A DNA stretch of 64,000 bases, taken from the human T2T-CHM13v2.0 reference genome, Homo sapiens. The notes beneath the pieces are model-generated. The model saw only the letters and a program-made list of their open reading frames with translations, did not search any database and was not told where the DNA came from. The DNA lies in assembly GCF_009914755.1 (NCBI RefSeq), contig NC_060927.1. One strand, given 5' to 3'. Below, piece by piece: positions 1-13,260 of this stretch. A program made the position numbers and the translations under genes. Each line of letters opens with the position of its first letter. Within the stretch, counting starts at the first letter, position 1.

Positions 1-84
1 TTGAAATGCTACTGACTTTTTAAACATTTATCTGTCCCTTTCTTTCAATTATTCATACAATAGAAGAAACTTCAAGCATACCTT

Positions 85-700
85 CATTCAATGTTTATTC
101 AGCACCTGCTACGGGCAAGGCCTTGTGCCAGGTGCTAGGGATGTAAAAAGAGTGGAACACAGCCCTCCCTGTGAAGGGTCACAGCCTGCCTCTGAAGGTG
201 AAATGGAAGCAGGCATCACAATGCTGGGTGATAAAGGCTAGGATGGCAACATAAGCTTGTGAGAGTGGGGTGGTGGTGGTGGTAGGGAATGGCTGGAGGG
301 AGAGGTATAAAGGAATCCTGGGAAGTCTGGGAGCTTCTTAGAGGAGAGCTAGATATGAAGGGTAAGGGGGCATGAGCCAGGTGAAATACGGGGAGAAGAA
401 ACAGCATGCATTCCACAAATGGGAGAATAGCATGTGCAGAGGCCCAGGGACAAGATGGAGCATGAGGAGTTGGAGAAATTGAAAGAAAACCAGCATGGTT
501 GGCCTGCATGTGTAAAAGGTGGAAGGGAGTGGTTCAGGAGGTGGGCAGGGGCCAGACGGTGCAAGGCTTTGGAAGCACAGTCTGGGAACCTAGAGGCAGG
601 CATGACAAGATAAAATTTACACTTGGAAAGATGTCCCTGGCTGATACATGGAGGGCAGACTACAAAGAGGTAGGGAGGCCAGTGAGGAGGCCACAGAGAC
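85..700 (-). mobile_element. L2 LINE relic (3' end)
   Basis: cattcaatgtttattcagcacctgctac...tgtgccaggtgctagggatg is typical of the L2 3' end, followed by degenerate L2 body. Confidence 0.7.
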
Positions 701-1409
701 GCTGAATACTGCTCGGCCTCAATGAGGGTCTTGCAGTCATGTTAGTGAGCTCCAGAAGAGCCTCCTCCACTGTTGGCAGACCATAGCTCAGCTCTTCCTC
801 AACTTAGGAAGAGAGGGAAGGGGTGAGATTCAAACATCTGCCATGTGGATTTCTGTGTAGATTTCTCAAAGGGGACAGAAGAGTGGTTGTAACAACAACA
901 ATACATGGATCTCAAAAGCACTGAGAGCTGTGAGCACATTCTTCCCAAGTATTCCTTGCCAGGAGATTAAACAGGGCTCATCTTGATGGTTGCAAATCAG
1001 CAAAACAAAAAAAAAAATGCAGGAAGAATGTGAATCCCAATCCTATCCCACTCCAAGTGATGGTCCAGCCATGTGCTCCCATGGGAAAGCCCCACCAGCA
1101 TAGAAAAGATGCCCCACCACCAGCTCCATCGCCACCAGCTCCATCCCCACCAGTCAAGAGAGGCGTGTGGGCCCTGTCAGGGGCTTTCCTAAAGGGTGGC
1201 AGGATGGGTGGAGGGGGGAAGTAAATGTCCCATCTCAAGTCATAGTCTTAGCAAGGGACTGGTCATGCAGTGGGAAGAGAGAAGGGCCAGGGAAAGCTGA
1301 AAACAATCTCCCATGCCTGTGAGATTCCACACAAGATACTCAACAGCTCTAAAGTTCATTTCCACTTCACTGCCAGAAGCAGAGGATAAACCTATTCAGA
1401 GATTGTAAA

Positions 1410-2370
1410 AATATTCATACTCTTTTAGCCAGGAATTTCATATCTCAAACTTTATCCAACTGATAAAAGAGATTACACAAACATGTTCCTGGATGCCCAT
1501 CAGCATTAGTTATAATAGCGAAAAGTTGGAACTTATCTAAATACCCAGTAAAGGGTTGGTGGAATAGATTTAAATGAACACATTTGATAAAGTACTCTAT
1601 CGTTATTAAAAATAATATTCTTACAGAATATTTCATAATATGACACGTTCATAATATAGTAAGTGAAAAATTCATGAATAAATTAATTTGTACTATAATC
1701 CTTTTTTTTTTTTTTTTGAGATAGGGTCTTACTCTGTCACCCAGCCTGGAGTGCAGCAGCACAATCACAGCTCACTGCAGCAACCTCCCAGGCTCAATCG
1801 ATCCTCCCACTTCAGCTTCCCAAGTAGCGGCGACTACAGCCATGCATCACCATACCTGGCTAATTTTTTATTTTTTTTGTAGAAACAGGATCTCCCTGTG
1901 TTGCCCAGACTGGTCTCGAACTTCTGGGCTCAAGTGATCCTCTCGCCTCGGCCTCCCAAAGTGCTGGGATTATAGGCCCACTATGCCTGCCCGATCTCAA
2001 TTTTTAAAAACTGTGTATGCTTATATAAATGTTAAAAGCTGGTTAAAAATATATATGCTCTTTAGGGATACATGTCCATAGCAAATTTATGGACATGCAA
2101 AGCAGAAATAAACATCAAACTCCGCAAAGCAAAGGTTTTTGCAAGGGTCTTTGGCATCACTGTTTAGGGCGTATTTCTTCAGTTGCATTGGTAGCTACAT
2201 GGGGTTTTCTATTATCTTTATACCATTTGTATGTCTGAAATATTTCATAATGAAAAAAAATTAAAGGTTTGTATATAATGACAGGAAGGAAATACATCAA
2301 AATGTAGCTATGGCTTTGAGGTGGGATTGTCAAACTATTGTTCACATTTTCCAGTTTTTCTAGAGAACGT
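1410..2370 (+). mobile_element. Old L1M (L1MC/ME-like) 3' fragment interrupted by an Alu
   Basis: gcattagttataatagcgaaaagttggaac...taaatacccagtaaaggg and the terminal tctgaaatatttcataat. Confidence 0.6.
1702..1993 (-). mobile_element. AluJ
   Basis: poly-T followed by gagatagggtct...cacagctcactgcagc...ctcccaaagtgctgggattat. Confidence 0.9.
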
Positions 2371-3135
2371 ATATTCCTTTTTATTTTTACATTACTTTAT
2401 CATTGGAGGCTATTTTTATTTCCACCCAGAGCTCATTTGTTTTATAAGAAAGAATGTCTGGTGCTGAGCTGTGCTCTGCAGCAGGAGCTCTGGCACCAAG
2501 GGCCTTTCCTGTGGTGACATGAGCTACAGCGTCTCTCGCCCATTAGAATTTAAACTAGAAAAGTGCTGTGGGGGAGGCAAGCTCCCTGAAACCATCCTAC
2601 TCATATCCTCTGACGTGAGGGGAGATTCGTAGGTGGCTGCTGGGAGCCTTCTCCACTCGGCAGATTGCTCTCAAAAGTGTACGTTGCTTTTTATTTTCCC
2701 TCAGAAATAGTTTGTGTTCTAACCCACCAGGAAGTTGGGGGCCCAGTCAGGGGATTGGGTGAGGCGGTGGGAAAAAATAGTGACCGATTATATCATCAAC
2801 TAGCATTGACTCTCCAGTCAGAATTCATTTTCCACCAAGTGCTGGGAGTTGAGGGTCAGAAAACAATTATTTGGAGATACGTCACCCATCACCGAGCTTT
2901 AAGACCCTTCCAGTTTCCTCTGTAAGAGAAACTCTTAACAGGGGTCTTGGCTGGGATCCATAAATCCCCTGAAATCACACATCAATTTTGTAAAATTTCC
3001 TGTGCTATCAACAGATTCCGGAAAGAGTTAAGTGATGCATCCCCCCAAACAATCGAGGATCCCTGTTCTGTAAGAATAACGTCAGTCATCCTGAAGGGTG
3101 TCTGAGTGATGATAACAAATAAACATTCTATAGGG

Positions 3136-3614
3136 CCACGGAATCAGGCTGCACAGTAACAGGTGAGTGGCCGGCAGGCAAGCAAAGTTTCATCTGTATT
3201 TATAGCCACTCTCCATCTTTCTCATTACCGCCTGAGTTCCACCTCCTGTCAGATCAGCGGTGGAGACTTTAGATTCTCATAGGAGCACACACCCTATTGT
3301 GAACTGCACATGCAAGGGATCTAGGTTTTGGCTCCTTGTGAGATTCTAATGCCTGATGATCTGTCACTATCGTTACCCCCAGATGGGACTGTGTAGTTGC
3401 AGGAAGGCAAGCTCAGGACTCCCACTGATTCTACATTATCATGAGTTGTGTAATTATTTCATTATGTATTACAATGTAATAATAATAGAAATAAAGTACA
3501 CAATAAATGTAAAGTGCTTGAATCATCCTGAAACCATCCCCTACCCCACCCGGTCAGTGGAAAACTGTCTTCCACGAAACCGGCCCCTGGTGTCAAAAAG
3601 GTTGGGGACCACTG
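3136..3614 (+). mobile_element. MER1A-like hAT-Charlie DNA transposon relic
   Basis: Characteristic body and 3' terminus aaaaaggttggggaccactg; 8-bp TSD CTATAGGG at 3128-3135 and 3615-3622. Confidence 0.85.
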
Positions 3615-6600
3615 CTATAGGGCACTTACTTTTTAATCAAAGGGGGACATAGTCTGTGTTAATATTTCTCAACTTTAAGTCCCAGATACATTTCTTTAAA
3701 AGAGGTATACATTAGGCGAGTTCACTGTTTTGTTTTTTAACCCATCAACAATATTTATCAAGAATCTACTGTGTATCTAGCATTGGGCTGGGACTCAATG
3801 AAAACTTGAATATGATCTCCAAAGACCTGTCCCCTCATCTGCAATTTCTTGTTCAAAGCACACATCTGGCGAATGTCTTACAACTTATTAAATGGAATAA
3901 AAATTGAGAGTTACTCATATTACTTTCCCAAACCCTCGCATCCTCTGGTATGAGTCATCCATTGGGACCCACCTTTTTTTTTTTTTTAAAGATACTTTCC
4001 ACTACACATAGAAACAGTCCAAAAACAACTCTTCAGTAATACTGCCAGTTAGCTCAGGGACAGTGACTCTATTAGATATCATCATTTAAATGCACAAAGA
4101 TAAAGTTCCTTTGAGTAGCCCACAGAGGCCATTTACTTATTAGAGCAATTAATTTATTGGATTCAGATATTCATTTCACCATTGTTGCCTTTATGGCAAA
4201 ACATCTTCTCCTGTGTGGCTCTATCTACCATTTAGTTCCATTCAACTCATCTCTCCTGAGTGCCTACTGGGAGAAAGTTACTTAAATTTAGTCACATTCC
4301 CTCCATGGCCACATCTAGATCTGTCACACCCTCTGTCATCTCCATATGACTGTAATGGTCAGCGGAATCTGCAGAACAGCAGTTTTCATGTTCCTCCAAC
4401 AGCTTCTAGAATTCTTCCAACTTCTGCAATTATTATAATACTATGTGGCAATAAATGGTGGAAACTCAGCCCTGTTTGCCAAGATTCAGGAAAAATGCCA
4501 GGTAAATCAGAAATGAGTCTGTCCAAAGCTGAGTCCCTAAGCATAGGGATCGGCCATGTTGGTGGTAATGGGGTAGATTTATCTTCTATACAAGTCTCTT
4601 TAATGTGATAAAACATAACATATGAGATGGTTAAGAAAAAAGGAAATATCATCCGTAGCTGCACAAGGAGAAAAGAAGCCAAATTATCCACAGTCTTGTG
4701 ACCTTGATGGGAAGTCAAGGCCATTGATGACAAACAAGACAAAAATCAAATCACAATTCATAATTGTAAATAGTCCTTTAATACAATGTTAGTGGTTCTT
4801 CGATTAGAAAGCATCTAGAGACATGCTTTCCTGAAAAATGGATATCAATATATACTTGGGGGAAAATGTAAGACAAGGCATAATCTTAGAAGTGACCTGG
4901 ATTGAAGTCTTGCCTGAGTCATTACACCTCCAGGGCTTCCACTTCTTTATTTGCAAAGTGAGGGGACTGGAATACATACATGGTGGCTAAGGGCTCTGTA
5001 AATTCTGACAGTCTTTAAATTCTGAAAATCTTTAAATTCTAAAAGTAAACTTCCATAAAATTAAAAAGATTCAAACACACAAAAAAATCTTGCTGCTAAG
5101 AGAAATTCCATAGACTTCACTTGTCAATAACAAAATATTCAATGAGTAAAGTAAAACCCAAAGGAACATCATCTTTTTGTCCTGTTCACCACGGCAACTT
5201 AGTAAACTGGCCCAACTCCATCAATCTGAGGGTCTAAAGATTGGAACAAACAAACACCACATGGTAAAACAGACGCTCAAGTACATTAATTAGAGCCAGT
5301 TCAAGCTCGCTCCATCATGGCTGGTTGCATCACAGAAAACTCTGCAGTAATTAAAAATAGCTAAAAAAAAATTGTTCACATTGGTAAATAATGTTATCAG
5401 TTGAGTACCTAACAATCCATATCTAATGAGTTTCCTTTTCACAATGGTTTTAGAAGGGCTGATCCCAAACATTTTTTCTTTTTCTTTTTTAACAAAAGAA
5501 GAAACAGAAGTTCAGAGAAAGGAAGTGACTCGTCCAAGGTACACTGTTAATTATAGGTAGAGCCAGAACCATGACTCAGTTCTTTATTCCTAGCATGGAA
5601 GGCTTCTCATCTCATAAGAGTAGCTTTCATGGTCTCCACAGAGGAGAGCGAGCACGGCCTAATGTTAGACGGATCCACAGAACACAGTGGTTAAACCCCA
5701 GGGATGTGCAGATGATGAACTGACAAGGGGAGCCCAGGGAGGGCCTGAATTCCTACTCCACCCCCAAGCCCCAGGATAATGAGGGCATCAGAGGCCAAGG
5801 TAGGCTTCCCAATTGCATCAGTGGGGAGACACGGTGGCCACACAAAGAAAGCTATGAAATTAAGTATCCAAGGACATGTTCTGAAACAAAGCCAAGGAAG
5901 CTTTTCCACCTTGATCATCACCAATAGTCAACTACCAAGACACTTGAGCATCTTCTACAAACTTCTGATTTAAAAAGAAAAAAAAAATGAGGCAAATATT
6001 TGGTGGGTGCCCAGTATGCACAGGCAATGTGTTTAATATTCTCACTTTTATTGTTTTATTTGACCCCCTCCCAAATTTTGTCAGGTTAAGTCTTTTCATT
6101 CCTATTTTCCAGATGAGGAAACTGGTAAGGAAAGGTGTCACACAGATGGTAAGTACAGAATCTTGATTCAAACTAAGATCTGCTGATCCAAAGCCACTCA
6201 CTCCACTATGCTTCTGGAGTCTTATTCTGGCCTTTGGGCCATCCGGCTGCCTGAGCTGGGCCAAGCCACTAACTTTCCCCCAAAGGGGGACAAACATCTG
6301 TTCCATCTTCTGGAACCAGCCTCTAAAAGAGTACACTGGTATTTATCTAGATTCTACCCAGATGCACTGAGTTCATAATTCATTTTATGAGAGAAAAGAC
6401 ACAGGCAATAAACAACTTAGCTTGGAAGTTTAAGTTGGCCACACAGTTTTCTCCAGTGAAATAAAATGTTTTTCAGTTAAAAAAAATTTCCCCCAGGTCA
6501 CAACTTCCATAGTCAGATCCTGGAAGCCCACTTCAAGCACACAGCATATTATTAACAAATAACCTTCGGAGAAGAGAGATGCTCTCGGTGCCAGTGGGGG

Positions 6601-6619
6601 AAGAAAGGACTATACTTAC

Positions 6620-6682
6620 ACTTATGTCGAGACTGCAAAGGCTAACAGCATCTTCATCTTGGGTGCTCTGTTTCCGTTTTCG
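6620..6682 (-). CDS. ARHGEF3: ARHGEF3 internal coding exon (63 nt, phase 0-0), RKRKQSTQDEDAVSLCSLDIS
   Basis: Minus strand reads tttgttttttcgtttgttttgcag|CGAAAACGG...GACATAAGT|gtaagt: strong polypyrimidine tract, CAG acceptor and GTAAGT donor. The peptide matches the N-terminal extension of long ARHGEF3 isoforms, just before EPSNKRVKPL (recalled). Confidence 0.95.
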
Positions 6683-6835
6683 CTGCAAAACAAACGAAAA
6701 AACAAAGTTCAAAGGTAAGTAGGGGTTATGGCTTTGATTAAGGCAAGAAAAAAAGCAATCAAATAGCACATGCAATCCTTATCATTTCTACCATGGTACC
6801 CAAAACCTTTAACCAAGCTATGTAAATGAACACTT

Positions 6836-7141
6836 CTTTTTTTTTTTTTTTTTTTTGAGACAGAGTCTCACTCTGTCGCCCAGGCTGGGGTGCGGTGCGG
6901 TGGTCTGATCTTGGCTCACTGCAACCTCTGCCTCCTCGGTTCAAGCGATTCTCCTGCCTCAGCCTCCTGAGTAGCTGGGATTATAGGCACACGCCACCAC
7001 GCCTGGCTAATTTTTGTATTTTTAATAGAGACAGGGTTTCACCATGTTGGTCAGGCTGGTCTCGAACTCCTGACCTCGTGATCCGCCCTCCTCAGCCTCC
7101 CAAAGTGCTGGGATTACAGGCATGAGCCACTGCGCCCAGCC
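6836..7141 (-). mobile_element. AluS
   Basis: Full dimer with TSD taaatgaacacttct on both sides; about 155 bp upstream of the exon acceptor, in sense orientation to the gene. Confidence 0.95.
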
Positions 7142-7568
7142 TATAAATGAACACTTCTAAGAAAGCCTAAGAAGTTATGAGAAACTATTAAGCTCTAGGA
7201 TAATTGGTTTGTGTTACTATTCTTATGCTTGCTGTCACAGTTTGTTTCTCTTTGAGTTTCATTTTTTTCTAAATGTCTCCATATATCAAGGCTTAGAAAT
7301 TTAGATACAAAGTTCAGATTCTGACTAACTTGGAAGAGGAGATTAGATTGGAAAGAAAATCTAATTCACTTGAAGATATTCCATTTTTAGAGGTGCTTTG
7401 TACTTAAGTAATTTAAACTTGCTCTAAACCTTATCCAGGGTCCTAATGTAATCACAGAACCCTAATGTTGGAAAGAAACTTAAACATCTTCTCCAACTTT
7501 CCTGCTTTATAGCCATATGATTTTTAAAAAGTTATTAGTTGGACTGAAGATAACTGTATTTGAAATAA

Positions 7569-7921
<353 letters not shown>

Positions 7922-8819
7922 TTTTTCTTTTCATTAGAAGAAAATAAATGTAATCTATAAGCCACAATAAAGCTCATCAAAGATACATTCACCTCTCTTC
8001 TGCACCCCCAGCTCAACCAATCAGTCAAGTGTTTCTTCAGTCCCTAACCTGTGACTTGCTAGGTCTTCTGATGTTACTTAGAAGAAAGCTACCAGAAGAC
8101 CAGAATCACCAGCATGGGGTTACAGGAGAGTCTGAAGACATCTGTAGTCTTCAGTCCCAAAAGAAGTCAGCCTCCTCCTCTAGTGGAACCCTGAGCTTGA
8201 ACAAAGGCAGAGACTGGAAAGCAAACAGAACTACTCTTTTTTATATTACTATAATTGTTCTATTATTTTTTTCACTTCAATTTAACAAAGGTTTGTTGAG
8301 CATTTACTATGTGCTGGGCCCTGTGTTCACTCCCAGAAATGCAAAGGTCAGCAATTCTCATGGTTAAGGACCTCACACTCATGTAGGAGAGACAGGCCTA
8401 TTATGATGAACTATAATGCAATAAGAGCCAAACATCCTAGAGAAAGTCACTTTGCTTCTCTGAGCCACCTTTTCTCAACTCTAAGGTGTGAGCAGAGGTG
8501 GTGATGATGGCATTAGCTTCTATTCTCAAAGGAAGAGAAGTAAATATAGTAATGCATTTTAGAGCTTAGTAGAGTGCCTAGTACACAGTAGGTGCTCAAA
8601 ACATGGGTTGGAGGGCTCTGGGAGGACTGTGAGGGAGGTCTTCCCAGAGGAGGAGGCATTTGAATAGGCCTAAAAGATGAATAAGAGTTTGTCAGACAAA
8701 GATGGGGACGATATTGGGGCTCTTTTTGTTAAGCAGCTACCTAGATATTTAAAATTCCAAAGGTCAATATGGTCCTATACAGAGCAGTGGCGTTCTACAT
8801 ATATACATTTTTCCACTGA

Positions 8820-8990
8820 AACAGTGGTGCAGCGTGCAGCAGAATCACCTGAGGAATGATTCAGAGATGCTGATGCCAGGAGCCATCCCCAGGAATGCTT
8901 AATCAGCCATTTGGGAGGGTGCCCAGGAATCTGGATTAACAAGCTCACCCAGTGACTTTTAGGAAGTCAAATACTCCACTCAGCGTCCTT
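8820..8990. mobile_element. MER5A-like DNA transposon relic
   Basis: cagaatcacctgagga...gatgctgatgccagg...cccaggaatctg...aacaagctc. Confidence 0.6.
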
Positions 8991-9328
8991 GAGGGAAGCC
9001 TCGAGAAGATGCTGATCACAACTCCGGGCACAGCTGCCGTTTTTGAGGATGCTTCATGTTTGTACAGGGCCCTGATCCTTACTGATTCACCATCCAGGTA
9101 CAATTAAAAACAGCACTTCAGTGCCAGTGAAACCAATTCACCAGCTTATATTTATATGGTGACTTTTTGAGCCAGATATGGTATGGGATAATTTCCATCC
9201 TACAGGTTAATAAACTGAGGTCAGGAGAGAGAAGCAATTTGCTCAAAGTTACATGGTTACAGCGTAACACTCTGAATCCAGGATTCTAATTCCTAGGGCA
9301 AAGCCTTTTACATACACTGTTCAAAGGT

Positions 9329-9732
9329 TGGTGGCAAATAGGTTACATCTCACTTGCCATCCAGAATGTCTGGTAGTGTCTGCTTGGAGCACTGTACTGA
9401 GAAGGACTGCACAGCATAGCAAGCCAGAGAATGCTGTGATCACAATCAGCAACACGTGCTGGGCAATGAATTGGGGCATGGCAGCATGGGCGTCCTGCTG
9501 CCTAGAGTAACCCCATGCCCTTCTTGAGTTCTGCTTCTCCTGCCTTGGGAGGCTACAGTATTATACCTGAGATCTTGGGAGGTATCAGGAGGAGGTTGAG
9601 ACTCTGGGATGTTATCTGTAGAGTAGAAATAATGCCTTCCAGGTTAGGGTGTTGTGAGGATCATAGATGTTGGGCGACAAGACCTGGCACATAGTAGGTG
9701 CACAGTAAGTGGCAGCTCCTGTTATGAATTGC
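9329..9732 (+). repeat. Local direct duplication A, copy 1 (404 bp)
   Basis: Ungapped match to 11468-11871, with 19 mismatches by hand count (~95%). Confidence 0.97.
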
Positions 9733-10984
9733 CCAGACCATAGGCTACACCGATACATGCTGCAACCTGGTATTACCAGATTATTGAGTTTTATGGTGCT
9801 ACAGTTCCATTCCTTGAGCTCAATGATTTTGTCAACCTGACATGTTGACAGTAGCCTAGATGCACATTGATGCAGGAAAGTGAATAATAAGAGAAGCTCC
9901 TCTCCTCACAGGCATGCAGCCCTCTCCAGACCAATTCAACACACTACCCAGCTTTGGAGCCAAGCCTCATGAGTTCCCCCAACCCAGTTCCTGCCAGATA
10001 CTGCCACCTGCTCCAAGTGTCAAATCCAGAAGACAAATGGCCTCCAATGGTCTTTTTAATTCAGCCATAGACAGTCAATCTGGGATAGAATGATCTCCTT
10101 AAGGAACCCACATGTTTTATAAAATAAAAACTGCATGAATTATGAAAATGAATTTTCTTTTCAATTTTCTTACATAGGGAGGTGACTGACCACTGCCAGC
10201 AACAAAAAAGTAGCCTGAAGTTTAAACTCTGGGCTCAGAACGAAAATTTCACAAACCATCACTAAGTCACTTGTTCATTTGCTCTGTGTTCACTGAGCAC
10301 TTTTGACACGCAAAACCCCATTCTGGGTCCTTGGATATAGCAGTGAATGAGCCAGGCATGTTCCCTGCCCACTAGTTTGGAGTAAAAATAAAACAAAGTA
10401 ATTACAGATTGTGATCTCTGTCATGAATGAGTCAGATAAGGTGCTAAGACAGAGGCTAGCAGGGCAGACCCATTTTAGAAAGATAATTTTATTTAATTGT
10501 TTTCTGGGTTTTGGTTGACCTTTTCATGAGACATAAGCCCATGAAGGCAGGACTTGGTCAGTCATGCTCACAGTCCCAGAGCCTGGGACAATCCCTGGTA
10601 CACAGCCAGCTTCCCTTAAAATAGGATTTCTGGATTTTGTTGATCCTCTTGGTCCTCCTCCCTTTGCTTGCCTTCTTCACTAATTGCCCAACTCGAGAGG
10701 GCCACAGGAAGAGAGAACAGAAAGGACCTGGTGAAGAAGGGCGTACAGATGGAAACACCACATAAAGACATTTCACGCTCTACCCAGGAACTGGGATTTC
10801 TAGAATATTGGGGTGTTGACCTCATGCCAGTGATCTACAGAGTAGCTCATGGAAGAAATCACCAGTTGGAAATAAGCCACGGAAACATAAACAAATGAGC
10901 ATCTCAGAAAGCAGAGAGTGCAACAGGACACGGCACTCACTTTGAACTTCACTGGAGCTACTACTACTAATAATTCACACTGAT

Positions 10985-11230
10985 AATAATGAAAGCTTTA
11001 GCCTATTGAACGCTCACTACATGTCAGGCACAGAGCTAAATCCTTATATGCATGATCTCATTTGATCCTCATAACTACCCCATGAGGTAGGTGGATAATG
11101 GTTATCATCTCCATTCTACAGAGTAGGAGATGAAGGCTCAAAAAGGGGCAGGAATTTGTCCAGGGTTTCATGATTACCAAGTGGCAGAGCCTGGATTCAA
11201 ATCCAAGTCTTTCCTACTTCAAACTATGTG
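10985..11230 (-). mobile_element. MIR
   Basis: ctcatttgatcctcataactaccccatgaggtagg...ccattctacaga...gaaggctca...ctggattcaaatccaag. Confidence 0.8.
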
Positions 11231-11467
11231 CTTCCCCACCATGCTGTCCCGTCCCAGAGTCTGGGATGGCACATCAGACCTGCACAGAAGGTCTAGGAAG
11301 GTGTTGAGCATGAGGAATATGGCAAGAAAATAACCTTTATTCTACTAGAGAGACTGGTCTTCAAGACCACAGCACACACTGTCTAGACCAAATCAATTTT
11401 GTGGTCCTTTCTAGTTTTAAGAGCTATCAGTGTCTGCTATCAGGTAGCAGGCATTGGTGGCAAGCAC

Positions 11468-11871
11468 TGGTGGCAAATAGGTTACGTCTCACTTGCCATC
11501 CAGAATGTCTGGTAGTGTTTGTTTGGAGCACTGTATTGAGAAGGACTGCACAGCATAGCAAGCCAGAGAATGCTGTGATCACAATTAGCAACATGTGCTG
11601 GGGAACGAATTGGGGCACAGCAGCAAGGGCGTCCCGCTGCCTAGAATAACCCCATTTCCTTCTTGAGTTCTGCTTCTCCTGCCTTGGGAGGCTACAGTAT
11701 TATACCTGGGATCTTGGGAGGTATCAGGAGGAGGCTGAGACTCTGGGATGTTATCTGTAGAGTAGAAATAATGCCTTCCAGGTTAGGGTGTTGTGAGGAT
11801 CATAGATGTTGGGTGACAAGACCTGGCACATAGTAAGTGCACAGTAAGTGGCAGCTCCTGTTATGAATTGC
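11468..11871 (+). repeat. Local direct duplication A, copy 2 (404 bp)
   Basis: Ungapped match to 9329-9732; contains a MER117-like hAT relic followed by a MIR 3' part. Confidence 0.97.
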
Positions 11872-12889
11872 TCACAGGAAGTAAAAAATGCCATTTTACT
11901 TCCTCTGCATAAAAAACCACTGATCAGTTACCTGGGGGCGTTCCCAGGCAGGAAGGGCACTGTGTGTGAACTGTGCATTTGCACACTTGGTCTGACAGGT
12001 TCCCAGCCAATTTGAGGAGCCAAGGACCCACCCTGTTATTCTTGTCAAATTTACTGAAGCAAAGGCACAGTCCACTTCCCTTTCAACCATGAAAACAAAG
12101 CACCTTCGGTGAGCCCAATAATTGTGCTGTAGTCTCTGCACTCTGATTTCAGCACATAACTTTAACCCCTCAGTGCCCTGTGCTGAGCAGTAGGTCAGTG
12201 AATAATTTCTAAATGGGTGACTAAAAGAAAGAATGAATAAAGGAGGCCAGTGTTTTTGAGGTGACACCTTTCCCTTTCATTAACCACCTGGTGGCAAAAG
12301 GGCAGCCAAAATTAAATCAAAAACCTCAAAAGTGAAGGTCATTGAAGGCTTAAATTCTTCAACCTCAAATCTCCTTGGAGAAAAAACCTGCCCATTCAAG
12401 CTAAGATTCTTGTTTTTCAAATAAGAGCTTTTTTTTTTTTTTTCTTACCAGCAGGGGCATTTATTTTCCTTAAAATGCACAGACATGTTAAAAGAAATTA
12501 CAGTTGTTTAGACATTGGTCCAAGTGGGACATTGGCCATTTCCACTCCTACGAAAAGGAATGTCAGATCTGTTCAAGGGTGAGGCACATCCCTGACCAAC
12601 GAATCTATCCATGTACTGCCCTGGGCGACAGTCTGGGGACTCAGTCTCTGTGCTTTAAGAGCAAGTAATCCAAGATTGATAACACCTCAGATGGAAAGGG
12701 AACATCCAGCTGAACCAAACCCTAAATGAACTTAATGGGCACCTGACCCCTTTGTCTCAATGCCACGTGCCTATATGGGGGTGGGGAGAAAGGCAGTTAC
12801 AGAGGAGAATTTGTGGGCACAATAGACCTGCATGTAGTCTCTAAGTCCTTAGCCCTGCAGGTTATATATTTGCTATAGACCACTTTCTA

Positions 12890-13260
<371 letters not shown>

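Noticed and set aside
6711-6720. Perfect plus-strand donor AAG|GTAAGT beside the exon
   Set aside because: No associated acceptor or promoter evidence; likely the incidental complement of the branch-point/pyrimidine region.
6533-6775. 80-aa ORF as a stand-alone gene
   Set aside because: Only the 21 codons between the splice sites are exon; the rest is intron read-through.
9328-11649. Two near-identical small ORFs (VANRLxLTCHPECLVV...) suggesting a peptide gene pair
   Set aside because: A by-product of the DNA duplication of repeat-derived sequence; non-ATG starts and mostly non-synonymous differences.
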